From the NCBI GenBank assembly GCA_005884195.1, contig VBBP01000051.1, positions 1,550 to 65,549 on the forward strand: a stretch of DNA of 64,000 nucleotides, in the 5' to 3' direction. Numbering within the stretch: position 1 is the first letter of the stretch; every line of letters begins with the position of its first letter. Under the pieces are notes generated by a model. That model was not told the origin of the DNA and searched no databases. It worked only from the letters and a program-made list of their open reading frames with translations. The position numbers and the translations under genes are program-made. The DNA comes from Candidatus Bathyarchaeota archaeon (lineage in GTDB: Archaea; Thermoproteota; Bathyarchaeia; 40CM-2-53-6). Shown piece after piece: positions 36,918 to 47,122 of the stretch.

Positions 36918-37742
36918 CTATGCTTCCTCATATACCGAGGCGCGATGGGTCTCCGGCATGAACGCGTACAATTTGCCGGTGTGCTGGTTGAACGCGATTG
37001 TGTGGGTTCCGGGTTCAGTCATGACCGTTTGAATCTCTCTCATGGTTTTCGTGTCGAAGACTTGTACGACAGCCGGGTCGGCGATTGTCACGTACAAGTG
37101 GTCGAGTTCCGGGTTATAGAATATGACATCAGGGGGTCCCGCAAGCTTGGAGGGTTCTGAGATCATTTTCGATTCAAGGTCGATCTCGTAGAGGTGGCCT
37201 TCATCGCAGGCGCAGAACAGGCGCCTCCCTAGCCGGTCGAGGTCCAGCCCGTGTGGACCTGCAGATGGAATACGATAAGACTCCACTAGTCCGTCAGGAT
37301 CTTCCGAGTCGAGCATGGCAATTTCGCTGGGGTCGGCTATGTTCACGTAGAACCGTTTTGTATCGGGATCGAAGACAGCCCATCTTGTCCGCCCAGGAAC
37401 CGCAACATCCGCTGTCATTGTCTTCTTTGCCACGTCGACTATGGACACTGTGACGGCATCTCTGTTGTTCGGCTTGGGAACGTTGGCAGCTAGGAGCATG
37501 TTGGTCGAATGGTTGAAGGCAAGTCCGTTAGGCCTACCGCCAACCTTGATCTTCTGCAAACCCTGGTCTTCTCCGTGGCCAAAGACGCCGACCGTGTTCT
37601 CTCCACGATTAGACGTGAACACCATATCCTTCTCGTCGGAAACTAGAACCCCTGCTACACCTGTCAAGTTTCGAATCGATCTCAGGTACTTGTCTTGGCG
37701 GCAGTCAATAACGTCTACACTATCGTTGGATGTGTGAGCCAC
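36918..37742 (-). CDS. YVTN/YncE-like beta-propeller repeat protein
   Basis: It contains repeated ...VDV.D...-type blades, for example NDSVDVID, ENTVGVF and DAVTVSIVD. Conserved N-terminal sequence (GGFDHAAVHLKSSTLYV) continues in frame upstream of the GTG at 37742 (see findings). Confidence 0.75.
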   Translation of the reverse strand: MAHTSNDSVDVIDCRQDKYLRSIRNLTGVAGVLVSDEKDMVFTSNRGENTVGVFGHGEDQGLQKIKVGGRPNGLAFNHSTNMLLAANVPKPNNRDAVTVSIVDVAKKTMTADVAVPGRTRWAVFDPDTKRFYVNIADPSEIAMLDSEDPDGLVESYRIPSAGPHGLDLDRLGRRLFCACDEGHLYEIDLESKMISEPSKLAGPPDVIFYNPELDHLYVTIADPAVVQVFDTKTMREIQTVMTEPGTHTIAFNQHTGKLYAFMPETHRASVYEEA

Positions 37743-37849
37743 GTAGAGGGTGGAGGATTTTAGATGGACCGCCGCGTGATCGAATCCCCCCTTTCCTTGA
37801 TTTGGAGGGAGTTCGATGTATCCTAGACGTCGAAGGGTGATACGAGACC

Positions 37850-38341
37850 CTACCGACTCGGTTGCGAAACGTTGTACTCGAGTTTCTGCGTTCCTTCGAC
37901 CTGGAGCTGACAGTACTTGTAGAGCGCATCATACGTAGGGAACTGAAGTCTCATGTTGTCAAAGTCGTCCTTCGCAAGGTTTCGGAAACCATGTGCTATG
38001 GCTTCGAGACCCGCTGATTCCGGTGGAGCATCGGGGATTTTCGCGTCTGCCCCTCTAACTATCTTCGCCAGCTCCAACAGCGCGGGATCCTTGAGTTTGT
38101 ACTTCTTGATGATAGCGTCGAAGCTGACGTATTCCTTTCCGTCCTCTTTGTAGTGCGTCAACTCTATTCCCTTAGCGTCATAGGGTATCGCACCTGTTTC
38201 CTTGACCACCTGCGGTATGTTTTCGGGAGGGACAAAGAGAAATTCGGGATTCTTATCCACGAACTTCTTGATCAGCCAGGGACAGGCTATCCTGTCCACC
38301 TTTGCTTTTTCTCGGGTTACCCATTTCATCTCATTTTGCAC
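37850..38341 (-). CDS. ChrB C-terminal (chromate-resistance) domain protein
   Basis: WVTREKAKVDRIACPWLIKKFVDKNPEFLFVP matches the Chrome_Resist domain signature. Confidence 0.7.
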   Translation of the reverse strand: MQNEMKWVTREKAKVDRIACPWLIKKFVDKNPEFLFVPPENIPQVVKETGAIPYDAKGIELTHYKEDGKEYVSFDAIIKKYKLKDPALLELAKIVRGADAKIPDAPPESAGLEAIAHGFRNLAKDDFDNMRLQFPTYDALYKYCQLQVEGTQKLEYNVSQPSR

Positions 38342-38431
38342 CTATAGATGTTCTACATAGATAGAACATCTACGCATATAAGGCTAACTCACTCGTTGCT
38401 GCAGCAGAGGAATCGATTATTGTCGAGGCTC

Positions 38432-39007
38432 ATGCCCCATGGAATGAAGATTGGCGCAGTGTCGCTCTGGCTGCTACTGTTACTGTCGGAGAGACCGATG
38501 TATGGCTATGAGGTCATTCGAGAACTTGAGAAGAGGTTCTCAGGCTACTGGAAACCGAAAGCCGGAACCATCTATCCCGCCCTAGAGAAACTGGAGAAGA
38601 ATCACATGCTTACAAGCCGAGTTGAGTTTCGAGAAGAGGCGCCCGACCGGAAACACTATGCGCTTACAGATGCAGGCCGTAGTGAACTTGCAAGTACTAT
38701 GGCCTACTGGACTAGAATGACCGAGATACTCGAAACATACAGGGAAACGCACCAGTCGATATTCCGCCACAAAACCGAGCTCCGAAAAAATCAGCTCTCA
38801 GAATTTTTCACAAGGCTTTCTGAATCCCTTCGCAGCAGATCATTCGAAGTCAAGAAACTGTTTCCTGAATCTGAAACGCCCACCCGGATTTCTCCAACTG
38901 AACCAATGAGGTTGAAGTTTCTCTACGCGAAGGAGAACCAGAAATTCGAGATTCACATGGAACTTGAATGGCTGACCACCCAGAAACAAACATCCGCTCG
39001 ATCATAA
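38432..39007 (+). CDS. PadR family transcriptional regulator
   Basis: LLLLLSERPMYGYEVIRELEKRF...GTIYPALEKLEKNHML is the PadR wHTH. The track ORF starts at 38348, and the ATG at 38432 is more plausible. Confidence 0.85.
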   Translation: MPHGMKIGAVSLWLLLLLSERPMYGYEVIRELEKRFSGYWKPKAGTIYPALEKLEKNHMLTSRVEFREEAPDRKHYALTDAGRSELASTMAYWTRMTEILETYRETHQSIFRHKTELRKNQLSEFFTRLSESLRSRSFEVKKLFPESETPTRISPTEPMRLKFLYAKENQKFEIHMELEWLTTQKQTSARS

Positions 39008-39054
39008 GACGAATCCAGTTCTGGGACTTGGAATCACAGGCAAGGTAATGCGAT

Positions 39055-40257
39055 ATGTCTTTTGACTGGATGGCCAAAGACGGAAAAGTCATTCTCATCG
39101 AGAAAGCGGTGCGCACCGTACCCTACGGTTTCCTAGGGGTCCTGTTTTCAGTCTACTTGAGCCAGCTAGGTCTCGACGCCTTCCTCATAGGCGTGGTTTT
39201 GGCCTTGACTGTCGCTTCGAGCGCGATCTACACTCTCGTCGCGAGCCTATTCGCTGATCGTCTAGGCCGTAAGCGGACATTGATCTTCTTCGCTCTTACT
39301 GACGCACTGGCTGGCGTTCTTCTATTCTTCTCTGATTCATTGTGGGCTCCAATAGCGGCCGGAATTGTCGGCAACATGACTGTCGGAGCGGGAGAAGTTG
39401 GTCCCTTTCTAACCTTAGAACAGGCGATTCTCCCGGGAGCCTCGGACAGCAGGCGGAGAACCTTGGGGTTTAGCGTCTACAATCTCGTAGGATACGTCTC
39501 ATCATCAGCCGGAGCCCTTCTGGTCGGCCTACCCCAATACATCGGACCCGGCATAGCAGGATATCGCCCCCTCTTCCTGGCATATCTCGCCTCAGGATTG
39601 CTGGGAGCATATCTCTACTCGAAGCTCTCAAAAAAGGTCGAGAAGGAAAAGACCGCATCCCCTGGTATCACTGTCTTGTCCGAGGCCTCGAAGCCAGTAG
39701 TGAGGAAACTCTCAGCCTTGTTCGCGTTGGACTCGTTTGGTGGAGGCTTCATCGGCATAAGCATACTCTCGTACTATTTCTACGAGAAATATTCCCTGCA
39801 GCTCAGCTCGCTCGGATTGCTGTTCGCCGGTACGCAGATCGTAACAGCAATCTCGTTCTTGTTTGCTGAACGGATCGCTCGCCAGATAGGCTTGATCAAG
39901 ACCATGGTCTACACGCATATCCCATCGAATCTCTTATTGGCGATCATTCCCTTTGTTTCTTCCGCTCCAATTGCTGTTGGTCTGCTTCTCTCTCGGCAAT
40001 CTCTCTCTCAGATGGATGTGCCTACTCGTCAATCATATCTGATGAGTGTGGTGCCAGAGACTGATCGCACCCCTGCTGCTGGGTTCACCAATGTTTCCCG
40101 CAGCATCGCTCAGACTTTCAGTCCCTCAATTGCTGGTTACGCAATCGCCACACTATGGCTGGGTTCTCCATTTGTTATCGCCGGTGCATTGAAGGTCGGC
40201 TATGACCTGGTTCTCTACAAGATTTTTCACAAGCTGAAACCGCCCCAAGAAGCCTAG
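39055..40257 (+). CDS. MFS transporter
   Basis: 400 aa with 12 TM helices and the loop motif FADRLGRKRT. It lies immediately downstream of the PadR gene. Confidence 0.88.
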   Translation: MSFDWMAKDGKVILIEKAVRTVPYGFLGVLFSVYLSQLGLDAFLIGVVLALTVASSAIYTLVASLFADRLGRKRTLIFFALTDALAGVLLFFSDSLWAPIAAGIVGNMTVGAGEVGPFLTLEQAILPGASDSRRRTLGFSVYNLVGYVSSSAGALLVGLPQYIGPGIAGYRPLFLAYLASGLLGAYLYSKLSKKVEKEKTASPGITVLSEASKPVVRKLSALFALDSFGGGFIGISILSYYFYEKYSLQLSSLGLLFAGTQIVTAISFLFAERIARQIGLIKTMVYTHIPSNLLLAIIPFVSSAPIAVGLLLSRQSLSQMDVPTRQSYLMSVVPETDRTPAAGFTNVSRSIAQTFSPSIAGYAIATLWLGSPFVIAGALKVGYDLVLYKIFHKLKPPQEA

Positions 40258-40308
40258 GGGCAAAGCTTTCGAACCGTGCTAAAACCCGAGTATCGGAGGG
40301 AATGAGAA

Positions 40309-40809
40309 CTGTTTGATCCCTTTACGCTGCTAATACAAATCGTAAGTGTCACCGTCCTCTGGGCAATTGTCGGCGAGTTATTTCGTCGAGGGCTCACTGC
40401 GATCGCCAAAAGAGCAGGAGCCTCCAAACAGCTCGTCAGAAACATCCGAGATGGTGTCAGGATAGCATGGGTTGTTGTCGCTGTCGCCGCTGTTCTGGTA
40501 GTCACGGGGATCGCTTCCGAATTTCAAGCTCTGACTGTCACAGGGTTGGCAGGGCTGACAATTTCCTTGGCTCTCCAGACAACACTCTCCAATATTATTG
40601 CTGGGGTCCTGCTCTTCTCAGACAAGACCCTTAGATTGAACGACGTCATTTCCTACAGTGGGATAAAGGGAATAGTTGTCAGGGTCGGCCTGAGGTCGAC
40701 CCTGATCAGAACACAAGAGGGAAACATTGCCATAATCGGCAACAGTACACTGATGAGCGGACCCTTCATCAACTACACCGCGGAAGAGCGTCTAGTGGGA
40801 AAACCATGA
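40309..40809 (+). pseudogene. MscS-like mechanosensitive channel fragment (no canonical start, C-terminal domain missing)
   Basis: The pore helix and beta-domain are LTISLALQTTLSNIIAGVLLFSDKTLRLNDVISYSGIKGIVVRVGLRSTLIRTQEGNIAIIGNS. The TM1-TM2 coding sequence is in frame upstream of the first TTG at 40546. The ORF stops where MscS proteins continue for about 100 more residues. Confidence 0.5.
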
Positions 40810-40849
40810 GGATGAGGGGTTTTCTAGAAAAACGTCTCGTGAAAAACGC

Positions 40850-41134
40850 TCATTGCGGTGGCTCGTCCTTTGCCCGTACTCCTTCGCCTTCTCCCCGGGA
40901 GAGGGATGCTAGGATGGCATTCACTAGGTTTCTTGCAGATTCTGGTGTTAGTTCGACCGCGATTCTAGCTTTCGGTCCAACTGCTTCATTGAGGAAGTCG
41001 ATGATTACGGCGCGTCCGGACTGAGCGTGATCGGGATGGTCATAGGAAACGCTGGCTTGATCTAGAGGGTACCAGCCGTCTGGACCTTTGCCGCTACCCG
41101 AGACTTTTGCGTTCTCAACGATCCCTGTACACAT
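40850..41134 (-). CDS. Hypothetical protein (resembles DUF6295)
   Basis: MCTGIVENAKVSGSGKGPDGWYPLDQASVSYDHPDHA...IIDFLNEAVGPKARIAVELTPESARNLVNAI resembles that family as I recall it. This is not verified. Confidence 0.45.
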   Translation of the reverse strand: MCTGIVENAKVSGSGKGPDGWYPLDQASVSYDHPDHAQSGRAVIIDFLNEAVGPKARIAVELTPESARNLVNAILASLSRGEGEGVRAKDEPPQ

Positions 41135-41178
41135 GAATTCTCGTCCTCACCATGGCGAGAGGAAGTATCTTGACAAGG

Positions 41179-41949
41179 TCAGTCGGTAGTTCCGAGATAT
41201 TTTTCGAAGAATGCGAACAACTTGTTCCAGCCATCTACGGCTTGCTCTTGTCGATACCCTGATCTGTCGTAGTAGAAGAAACCATGCCCAGCTTTCGGAT
41301 ACATGTGAAACTCATAGGTCTTCCCGTACTTCTTCAACTCCTGCTCATGTTGCTCAACTTGCTGCGGAGTCGGAAACTGATCCTCTTCACCAAAGAGTCC
41401 AAGCAGTGGACACGACAAGTCCTTCGTATAGTCTATTGGTGCGACGGGATACTTGGCGGTCAGTTCTTGCTTCGACATAACTACTCTTCCGCCCCAACAG
41501 TCGACGGCGGCATCGAAGCCCTTTGTTCTGCAAGCCACAAGGAACACCTGTCTTCCGCCTGAGCAGGTCCCGAATAGTCCCGCCTTGCCGTTGCTCTGCG
41601 GGAGAGATTTCAGGTAACTTAGACTCTCAGCGATGTCCCCAACAACATCATCGTCGGGCACTCCTCCAGCCGCCCGTACTTTCGCAGCAATGTCCTCTGG
41701 CGCACCGTGGCCGAACTGGTAGTAGATGTTGGGACTGACTGCAAGGTACCCGTGGTGGGCGAACTTGCGAGTGGTCTCCCGATACCACTCGTCCCATCCG
41801 GGTGCGTGATGGATTAGCACGACCCCAGGGAAGGGTCCTGATCCTAGGGGACGAGCGAAATAGGCGTTGATAACGGTGCTATTGTGTCCAGGAACAGTTA
41901 CGGTTTCGGCCATCATTCCTTCATACATATCTGTCCGATACTTGCGCAT
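41179..41949 (-). CDS. Dienelactone hydrolase family protein
   Basis: Motifs are GVVLIHHAPGWDEW, GLFGTCSGGR (nucleophile elbow, Cys type), CPLLGLFGEEDQ and YPKAGHGF. Confidence 0.85.
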   Translation of the reverse strand: MRKYRTDMYEGMMAETVTVPGHNSTVINAYFARPLGSGPFPGVVLIHHAPGWDEWYRETTRKFAHHGYLAVSPNIYYQFGHGAPEDIAAKVRAAGGVPDDDVVGDIAESLSYLKSLPQSNGKAGLFGTCSGGRQVFLVACRTKGFDAAVDCWGGRVVMSKQELTAKYPVAPIDYTKDLSCPLLGLFGEEDQFPTPQQVEQHEQELKKYGKTYEFHMYPKAGHGFFYYDRSGYRQEQAVDGWNKLFAFFEKYLGTTD

Positions 41950-42147
41950 GCCCGATGCTCACCCGTTGTTGACGAGAGGCATGTCTGTTTAGCTTTTCCT
42001 AACACTATGAGAACCTTCGTTGACCTCTGTACCTCCAAACGCTGACGAAGGGACCGCAGGTCAAAACTACTCGGGCGAAACTATGGATCCTTCCCCCGAA
42101 GTAATGGCCCTTAAGTATTCGATTGTAAATTCCACGCTTGGAATGTT

Positions 42148-44541
42148 ATGCAGGTAACTGCTCAAGCGGGCAAGACCGTCCAACAAGTCAAAGAATACGA
42201 TTTGTTCCTAGACATCGACTTTGACTCTCTGAAATTCTCTGGCGAAGTGAGAATCGACATAGACGCAACTGGAGACGTCAGCTTGGACGCTGTGGACTTG
42301 GAGGTTACTAGTGCGAAAGCAAACAATCGAAACCTGCCATTCAAACAACATGGAAACATTGTTGATATTCAGACTGGCCAGTTCTCCGGCACGCTAGACG
42401 TTGATTATCGAGGAAAGGTCTCCGAGACCCTAACCGGGTTCTACAAAGCTCCTTACGGAGACAAGTACATCCTGACAACACACTTCGAGGCAGGACACGC
42501 TCGCCGACTCCTACCCTGCATCGATCATCCCGCCTACAAGGCCGACTTCAAACTCGCAGTCCGGACCCGAAGCGATCTCTCTGTAATCTCGAACATGCCC
42601 CTCGAATCCGAAAAGAAAGAAGGCGGCAAGAAAACTGTCAGTTTCTATAAAACTCCGAAAATGTCTACCTATCTCCTCTATGTCGGAGTCGGCAAATTTG
42701 AGGAGGACCGGAGCCGCCACAACCAGACCGAGTTGTATGCAGCTTCCGTAGCCAAGCCTGATGGCAGGATCAAAACCGCGCTCGCGTTCGAGGCTGCTCA
42801 AAAGTCCCTGGAATTCTACGAAAAGTATTTCGGCATCAACTACGATTTGCCGAAGCTCCACTTGATTGCAGTTCCAGAATTCGCCTATGGAGCGATGGAG
42901 AACTGGGGAGCCATAACTTTCCGGGAGATATTGCTGCATGCTGACAAGGATACAAGCACGTCTACTAAGAAGAGCATAGTCGAAGTAATCGCGCACGAGA
43001 TTGCTCACATGTGGTTCGGCGATCTCGTGACGATGAAATGGTGGGACGATCTATGGCTCAACGAGAGCTTCGCAACCTTCATGGCCTACAAGGTAGTCGA
43101 CTCGGCCTATCCCCAGTGGAAGATCTGGCAAGACTTCGTCAAGAACAGCACCGGAGGAGCTATGGCCCGAGACGCATTGAAGAGCACCCATCCCATCGAG
43201 GCCAAGGTCCGCTCCCCAGAAGAAATCGAAGAACTCTTCGACGAGATCAGCTATGGCAAGGGCGCCAGCATTCTGCGAATGATCGAAGCATACATTGGCC
43301 CAGACAAGTTCCAGAAGGGTGTTAGCAAGTATCTGCAACAATTCCGATACTCTAACGCCTCGGGCCGCGACCTATGGGACCATCTGCAGCAAGCATCCGG
43401 TCTCGACGTTAGCCACATAATGGGAGAGTGGATCAGCAAGATAGGATACCCGGTTGTCAAGGCTTCCCTCTCTCAAGGCAAGCTGGTACTAGAGCAGGAG
43501 AGGTTCCTTCTCTCTGGGGCGAGGGAGAAACAGATGTGGCCTATCCCGGTAACGATATCGGTGGACGGTAAGACTCAGCAGCTCCTGCTCGACAAGGAGA
43601 AGACTGAGGTCAAAATTTCCAATCCGAAATCCTTGAAGTTGAACGTCGACCGGACGGGGTTCTACCGAACTGACTATCGTGGCAGCGAACTACAAGCGCT
43701 TGTCTGGGGGGGCGAACTGTCGGGACTAGACCGATATGGCATAGCAAACGATGCTTGGGCCTTCCTCAACTCAAGTAGAATGAGCTGGAGGGAATACCAG
43801 AATCTCCTCGAGCGATTCTTTAGCGACGAAGAATACCTGCCAACGTTTGAAACTTCAGAACGACTCACAACCCTATTCCTGATCGCGCCGAGAAGGGTCG
43901 CCGATCTGTCGCGAAGATACCACAAGTCTCAGCTGAAAATCCTTGAGGGAAAACGAGACGAGAACAGCTCGTTGCTCAAGGGAATCATCGCGTTAAGACT
44001 CGCTATTCTAGACGATGTCTACGCGCGAGAGGCAGGTACGAAATTCAAGCACTTGGCCGATGTCGAGCCTGACATGAAGCGCTCTGTGATCGTTGGTTAT
44101 GCAAGATCATCGAACGACTATGACGGGCTCCTAGACGCGTACAAGAAAAGCATTACTGACGAGGATCGCCTCAGGTACTTGGAGGGACTTGCCAGCTTCA
44201 AACGCCCCGACTTGGTCAGAAAGGTTCAGGATTTCGCGATGGGGGGCAACGTGAAGCGCCAGGATATTGGACGGGGGCTGCTCCAGTTCGCGAGCTCGAA
44301 TCCGGATGCACACGCCGTGACCTGGGAGTGGTTTAGGGACAATATTGAGAAACTTGACAAGATGTACGAAGGAACCGCAACGCTCTCGGCCTACATGCGC
44401 ATGTATATCTCGATCATAGGCGTTGGCCGAGTTCGAGAAGTCGAGAAACTCTTCAGCGAACACAAACTAGCCGGCGCAGATTCAACTCTTGAGAGATTGA
44501 AAATTCACGATCGACTGGCCAATGAGATAACAAAATCATAG
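42148..44541 (+). CDS. M1 family metalloaminopeptidase (tricorn-interacting-factor or aminopeptidase N-like)
   Basis: The GAMENWG exopeptidase motif and HEIAHMWFGDLVTMKWWDDLWLNESFA (HExxH-x18-E) are both present. 797 aa. Confidence 0.95.
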   Translation: MQVTAQAGKTVQQVKEYDLFLDIDFDSLKFSGEVRIDIDATGDVSLDAVDLEVTSAKANNRNLPFKQHGNIVDIQTGQFSGTLDVDYRGKVSETLTGFYKAPYGDKYILTTHFEAGHARRLLPCIDHPAYKADFKLAVRTRSDLSVISNMPLESEKKEGGKKTVSFYKTPKMSTYLLYVGVGKFEEDRSRHNQTELYAASVAKPDGRIKTALAFEAAQKSLEFYEKYFGINYDLPKLHLIAVPEFAYGAMENWGAITFREILLHADKDTSTSTKKSIVEVIAHEIAHMWFGDLVTMKWWDDLWLNESFATFMAYKVVDSAYPQWKIWQDFVKNSTGGAMARDALKSTHPIEAKVRSPEEIEELFDEISYGKGASILRMIEAYIGPDKFQKGVSKYLQQFRYSNASGRDLWDHLQQASGLDVSHIMGEWISKIGYPVVKASLSQGKLVLEQERFLLSGAREKQMWPIPVTISVDGKTQQLLLDKEKTEVKISNPKSLKLNVDRTGFYRTDYRGSELQALVWGGELSGLDRYGIANDAWAFLNSSRMSWREYQNLLERFFSDEEYLPTFETSERLTTLFLIAPRRVADLSRRYHKSQLKILEGKRDENSSLLKGIIALRLAILDDVYAREAGTKFKHLADVEPDMKRSVIVGYARSSNDYDGLLDAYKKSITDEDRLRYLEGLASFKRPDLVRKVQDFAMGGNVKRQDIGRGLLQFASSNPDAHAVTWEWFRDNIEKLDKMYEGTATLSAYMRMYISIIGVGRVREVEKLFSEHKLAGADSTLERLKIHDRLANEITKS

Positions 44542-44623
44542 CCCTTAGAGCCGCTTAACATAGACCCGACCGAGAGGTCTCGATCGGGACGCTCTTGCCG
44601 TTCATCGCTCAACGGGCTCCCTT

Positions 44624-44644
44624 GTCGAGATTTTTTTTCTCGAC
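44624..44644 (+). terminator. Hairpin with a T8 tract downstream of the aminopeptidase gene
   Basis: The sequence gtcgag-a-tttttttt-ctcgac is a perfect 6-bp inverted repeat flanking T8 (44631-44638). It lies about 85 nt after the stop. Confidence 0.5.
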
Positions 44645-45239
44645 GGTGATGCTCTTGAAGTACGGAGCGATGTTGTCGATCTCGAAGAGTCCTCTTCTGT
44701 CTCAGGACCCGGTCGCGGTTGTCTCCAGCGAATCTAAGGATAGTCCAGCGAGGCTTGCATTTCTGTCGAATATGACGTTCTCACAAAAGCCCAGAGATGC
44801 GATGAAATAATCCGTTGGAGTTAGGCCCTGCCTGGTTCCTCCGATACTCTCCGGCTGGTCTTGGATTACCGAAGCCTCGGATTTTTGCCTCGGAATGTTG
44901 GTCTTTGATTAGTTTCGCTTCGGCCCCGTTTGTCGCTAATGTGTTTGCAGTGCCTGAGGCAACGATGTTTTGCCGGAGCGTTTCGAATCTTTGCTTAACT
45001 CAGGGGTATATCATCACGCCTCATTGCTATGAATGCAATCATAACTGTTTTTTGGATCTTTCCAACTGCGGGGCGAGCGTGTGTAGGATTTCGCCTTTTC
45101 AAAGCACTTCTTGAAAGGGTTCCAAGAGCGATCATAGTCGCCTTCGTCTGAGCTCAAAATTCTACGCGAGTGGTATCGAAGCGCTTTTGAGACAGCCTTG
45201 ATGCCGAAACCGTGACGTGTCGGAGTAGGGCTAAGATTC

Positions 45240-47093
45240 TTGTCTGACAGGCGGGATTCCGCTGGGGGTTACAAGCCCATCAGCGATTACGGGGTAATCG
45301 GAGATATGCACTCGGCGGCGCTCGTTGGCCTCGATGGTTCCATCGATTGGTATTGCGCTCCGAGGTTCGACTCGCCAAGCGTGTTCGCCGCTCTGCTTGA
45401 CTCGCAAAAGGGAGGTAGATTCCAGCTATCGCCCACAGGGAATTTCACAACGAAGCAGAGTTACGAGGGCGAGACCAACATTCTAGCGACTACGTTCGAT
45501 TCCAAAGAGGGGCGCGTCAAGCTTACCGACTTTATGCCTTGTTTTATGGAAAAGGGAGAACTGAAAGGATTTCAGGAAATCCACAGGGTCGTAGATTGTC
45601 AGGACGGTAATCCTGGACTCAGAATCACTTTCCAACCGCGTTTCAACTATGCCCGGGGAAAAACGATCATACTGGAGACTAGGGAGGGATGTGTTGCAAA
45701 GAATGAAAGGCATCACCTTAGTCTCGCTTCGTCCCTGAAGCTCCTCGTTTCAGACCAGGACCTGTTGGTCAACGATTTCCGCCTGTCCAGAGGTCAGAGA
45801 CTTGTCTTCGTCCTCAAGTGGGGAAACAGCTCGCCAACGTCTACGGGGAGATACGAAACTAGCAGGAAGCTATCAAAGACGTTGTCCTATTGGAAGCGGT
45901 GGGTTAGCCATGTAAAGTATCAGGGACCGTATCGAGCACACGTCGTAAGATCTTGTCTCGTCTTGAAATTGCTTCAGTATGCGCCGACCGGGGCCATGGT
46001 AGCCGCTGTCACAACCTCTCTGCCTGAGAGTATTGGAGCGTTGAGAAATTGGGACTATCGATACTCTTGGATCAGAGACAACGCTCTCTCAGTCTGGGCA
46101 TTGAGCGAGGCCGGAGCCACAAGGGAAGCCCTAGACTACACAAGATGGATGATCAATGTCCGACGTCACTCGAAAGAGAAATTGCAGATAATGATGGGCA
46201 TTGGCGGCGAGAGGGAGATCCCCGAATTTACTTTGGACCATCTCGAAGGGTATCGACGATCGAGCCCCGTGCGAATAGGAAACGCCGCGTATGGACAAGT
46301 TCAGTTGGACATTTATGGAATCCTCGCTGATTCCATGTATTATCTTCACCGGGCTCTGGGATGGACCACTAAGCAAGTGTACGAAAATCTTGTGAAGTAT
46401 TCGGCGGACCAGGCGGCGGCGGATTGGGAGAAGTCTGATAGCGGAATCTGGGAGATGCGTCAAGCTAGACCGTTCGTGGAGTCGAAGATGTGGTGCTATG
46501 TCGCTCTCGACCGAGCGATCAAGATAGCACGAGAGCTGGGATACGACGACGACTGGCATCGGTGGGATCCTGTTAAGAAGAAGATCAGGGCCGAGATTCT
46601 GTCCAACGGATGGTCTGACAAGAAGAAGGCGTTTACAATGGTTCTTGGCGGTGACGAACTCGACGCGGCCAATCTCCTAATGCCCCTGGTAGGGTTCCTC
46701 CCGGCCAGGGATCCCAAAATGACGTCGACAATCCAACACATCCGAGAAGAGCTTTCCAAGGGGGATCTAGTCTACAGATATAATGTGGATGATGGTCAAC
46801 TGGGAAAGGAAGGAGCCTTTACGGTGTGCAGCTTCTGGATGGTGGACTGCCTGACGCGGCTAGGAAAGTTGGGCGAGGCCGAGGGACTGTTGAATCAGTT
46901 ATTGAAACGGGGTAATCATCTGGGCTTGTACTCTGAAGAAATTGATCCCGAAACCGGTGAGGCATTGGGGAACTTTCCTCAAGCCTATACTCACATGGGT
47001 TTGATTACCGCCTCTGTTCGGCTTGAGGAGGCACGTCGAAAGACCGGGTTTATGCGCTATGCCCGTGCTCTATCTAATCGAATAGGCGGCTAG
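45240..47093 (+). CDS. Glycoside hydrolase family 15 (glucoamylase or archaeal trehalase-like)
   Basis: YGVIGDMHSAALVGLDGSIDWYCAPRFDSPSVF and NWDYRYSWIRDNA are GH15 hallmarks. 617 aa. Confidence 0.9.
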   Translation: MSDRRDSAGGYKPISDYGVIGDMHSAALVGLDGSIDWYCAPRFDSPSVFAALLDSQKGGRFQLSPTGNFTTKQSYEGETNILATTFDSKEGRVKLTDFMPCFMEKGELKGFQEIHRVVDCQDGNPGLRITFQPRFNYARGKTIILETREGCVAKNERHHLSLASSLKLLVSDQDLLVNDFRLSRGQRLVFVLKWGNSSPTSTGRYETSRKLSKTLSYWKRWVSHVKYQGPYRAHVVRSCLVLKLLQYAPTGAMVAAVTTSLPESIGALRNWDYRYSWIRDNALSVWALSEAGATREALDYTRWMINVRRHSKEKLQIMMGIGGEREIPEFTLDHLEGYRRSSPVRIGNAAYGQVQLDIYGILADSMYYLHRALGWTTKQVYENLVKYSADQAAADWEKSDSGIWEMRQARPFVESKMWCYVALDRAIKIARELGYDDDWHRWDPVKKKIRAEILSNGWSDKKKAFTMVLGGDELDAANLLMPLVGFLPARDPKMTSTIQHIREELSKGDLVYRYNVDDGQLGKEGAFTVCSFWMVDCLTRLGKLGEAEGLLNQLLKRGNHLGLYSEEIDPETGEALGNFPQAYTHMGLITASVRLEEARRKTGFMRYARALSNRIGG

Positions 47094-47122
47094 TGAGGGG
47101 AGCGCCTAATAATGAGGCGGTT

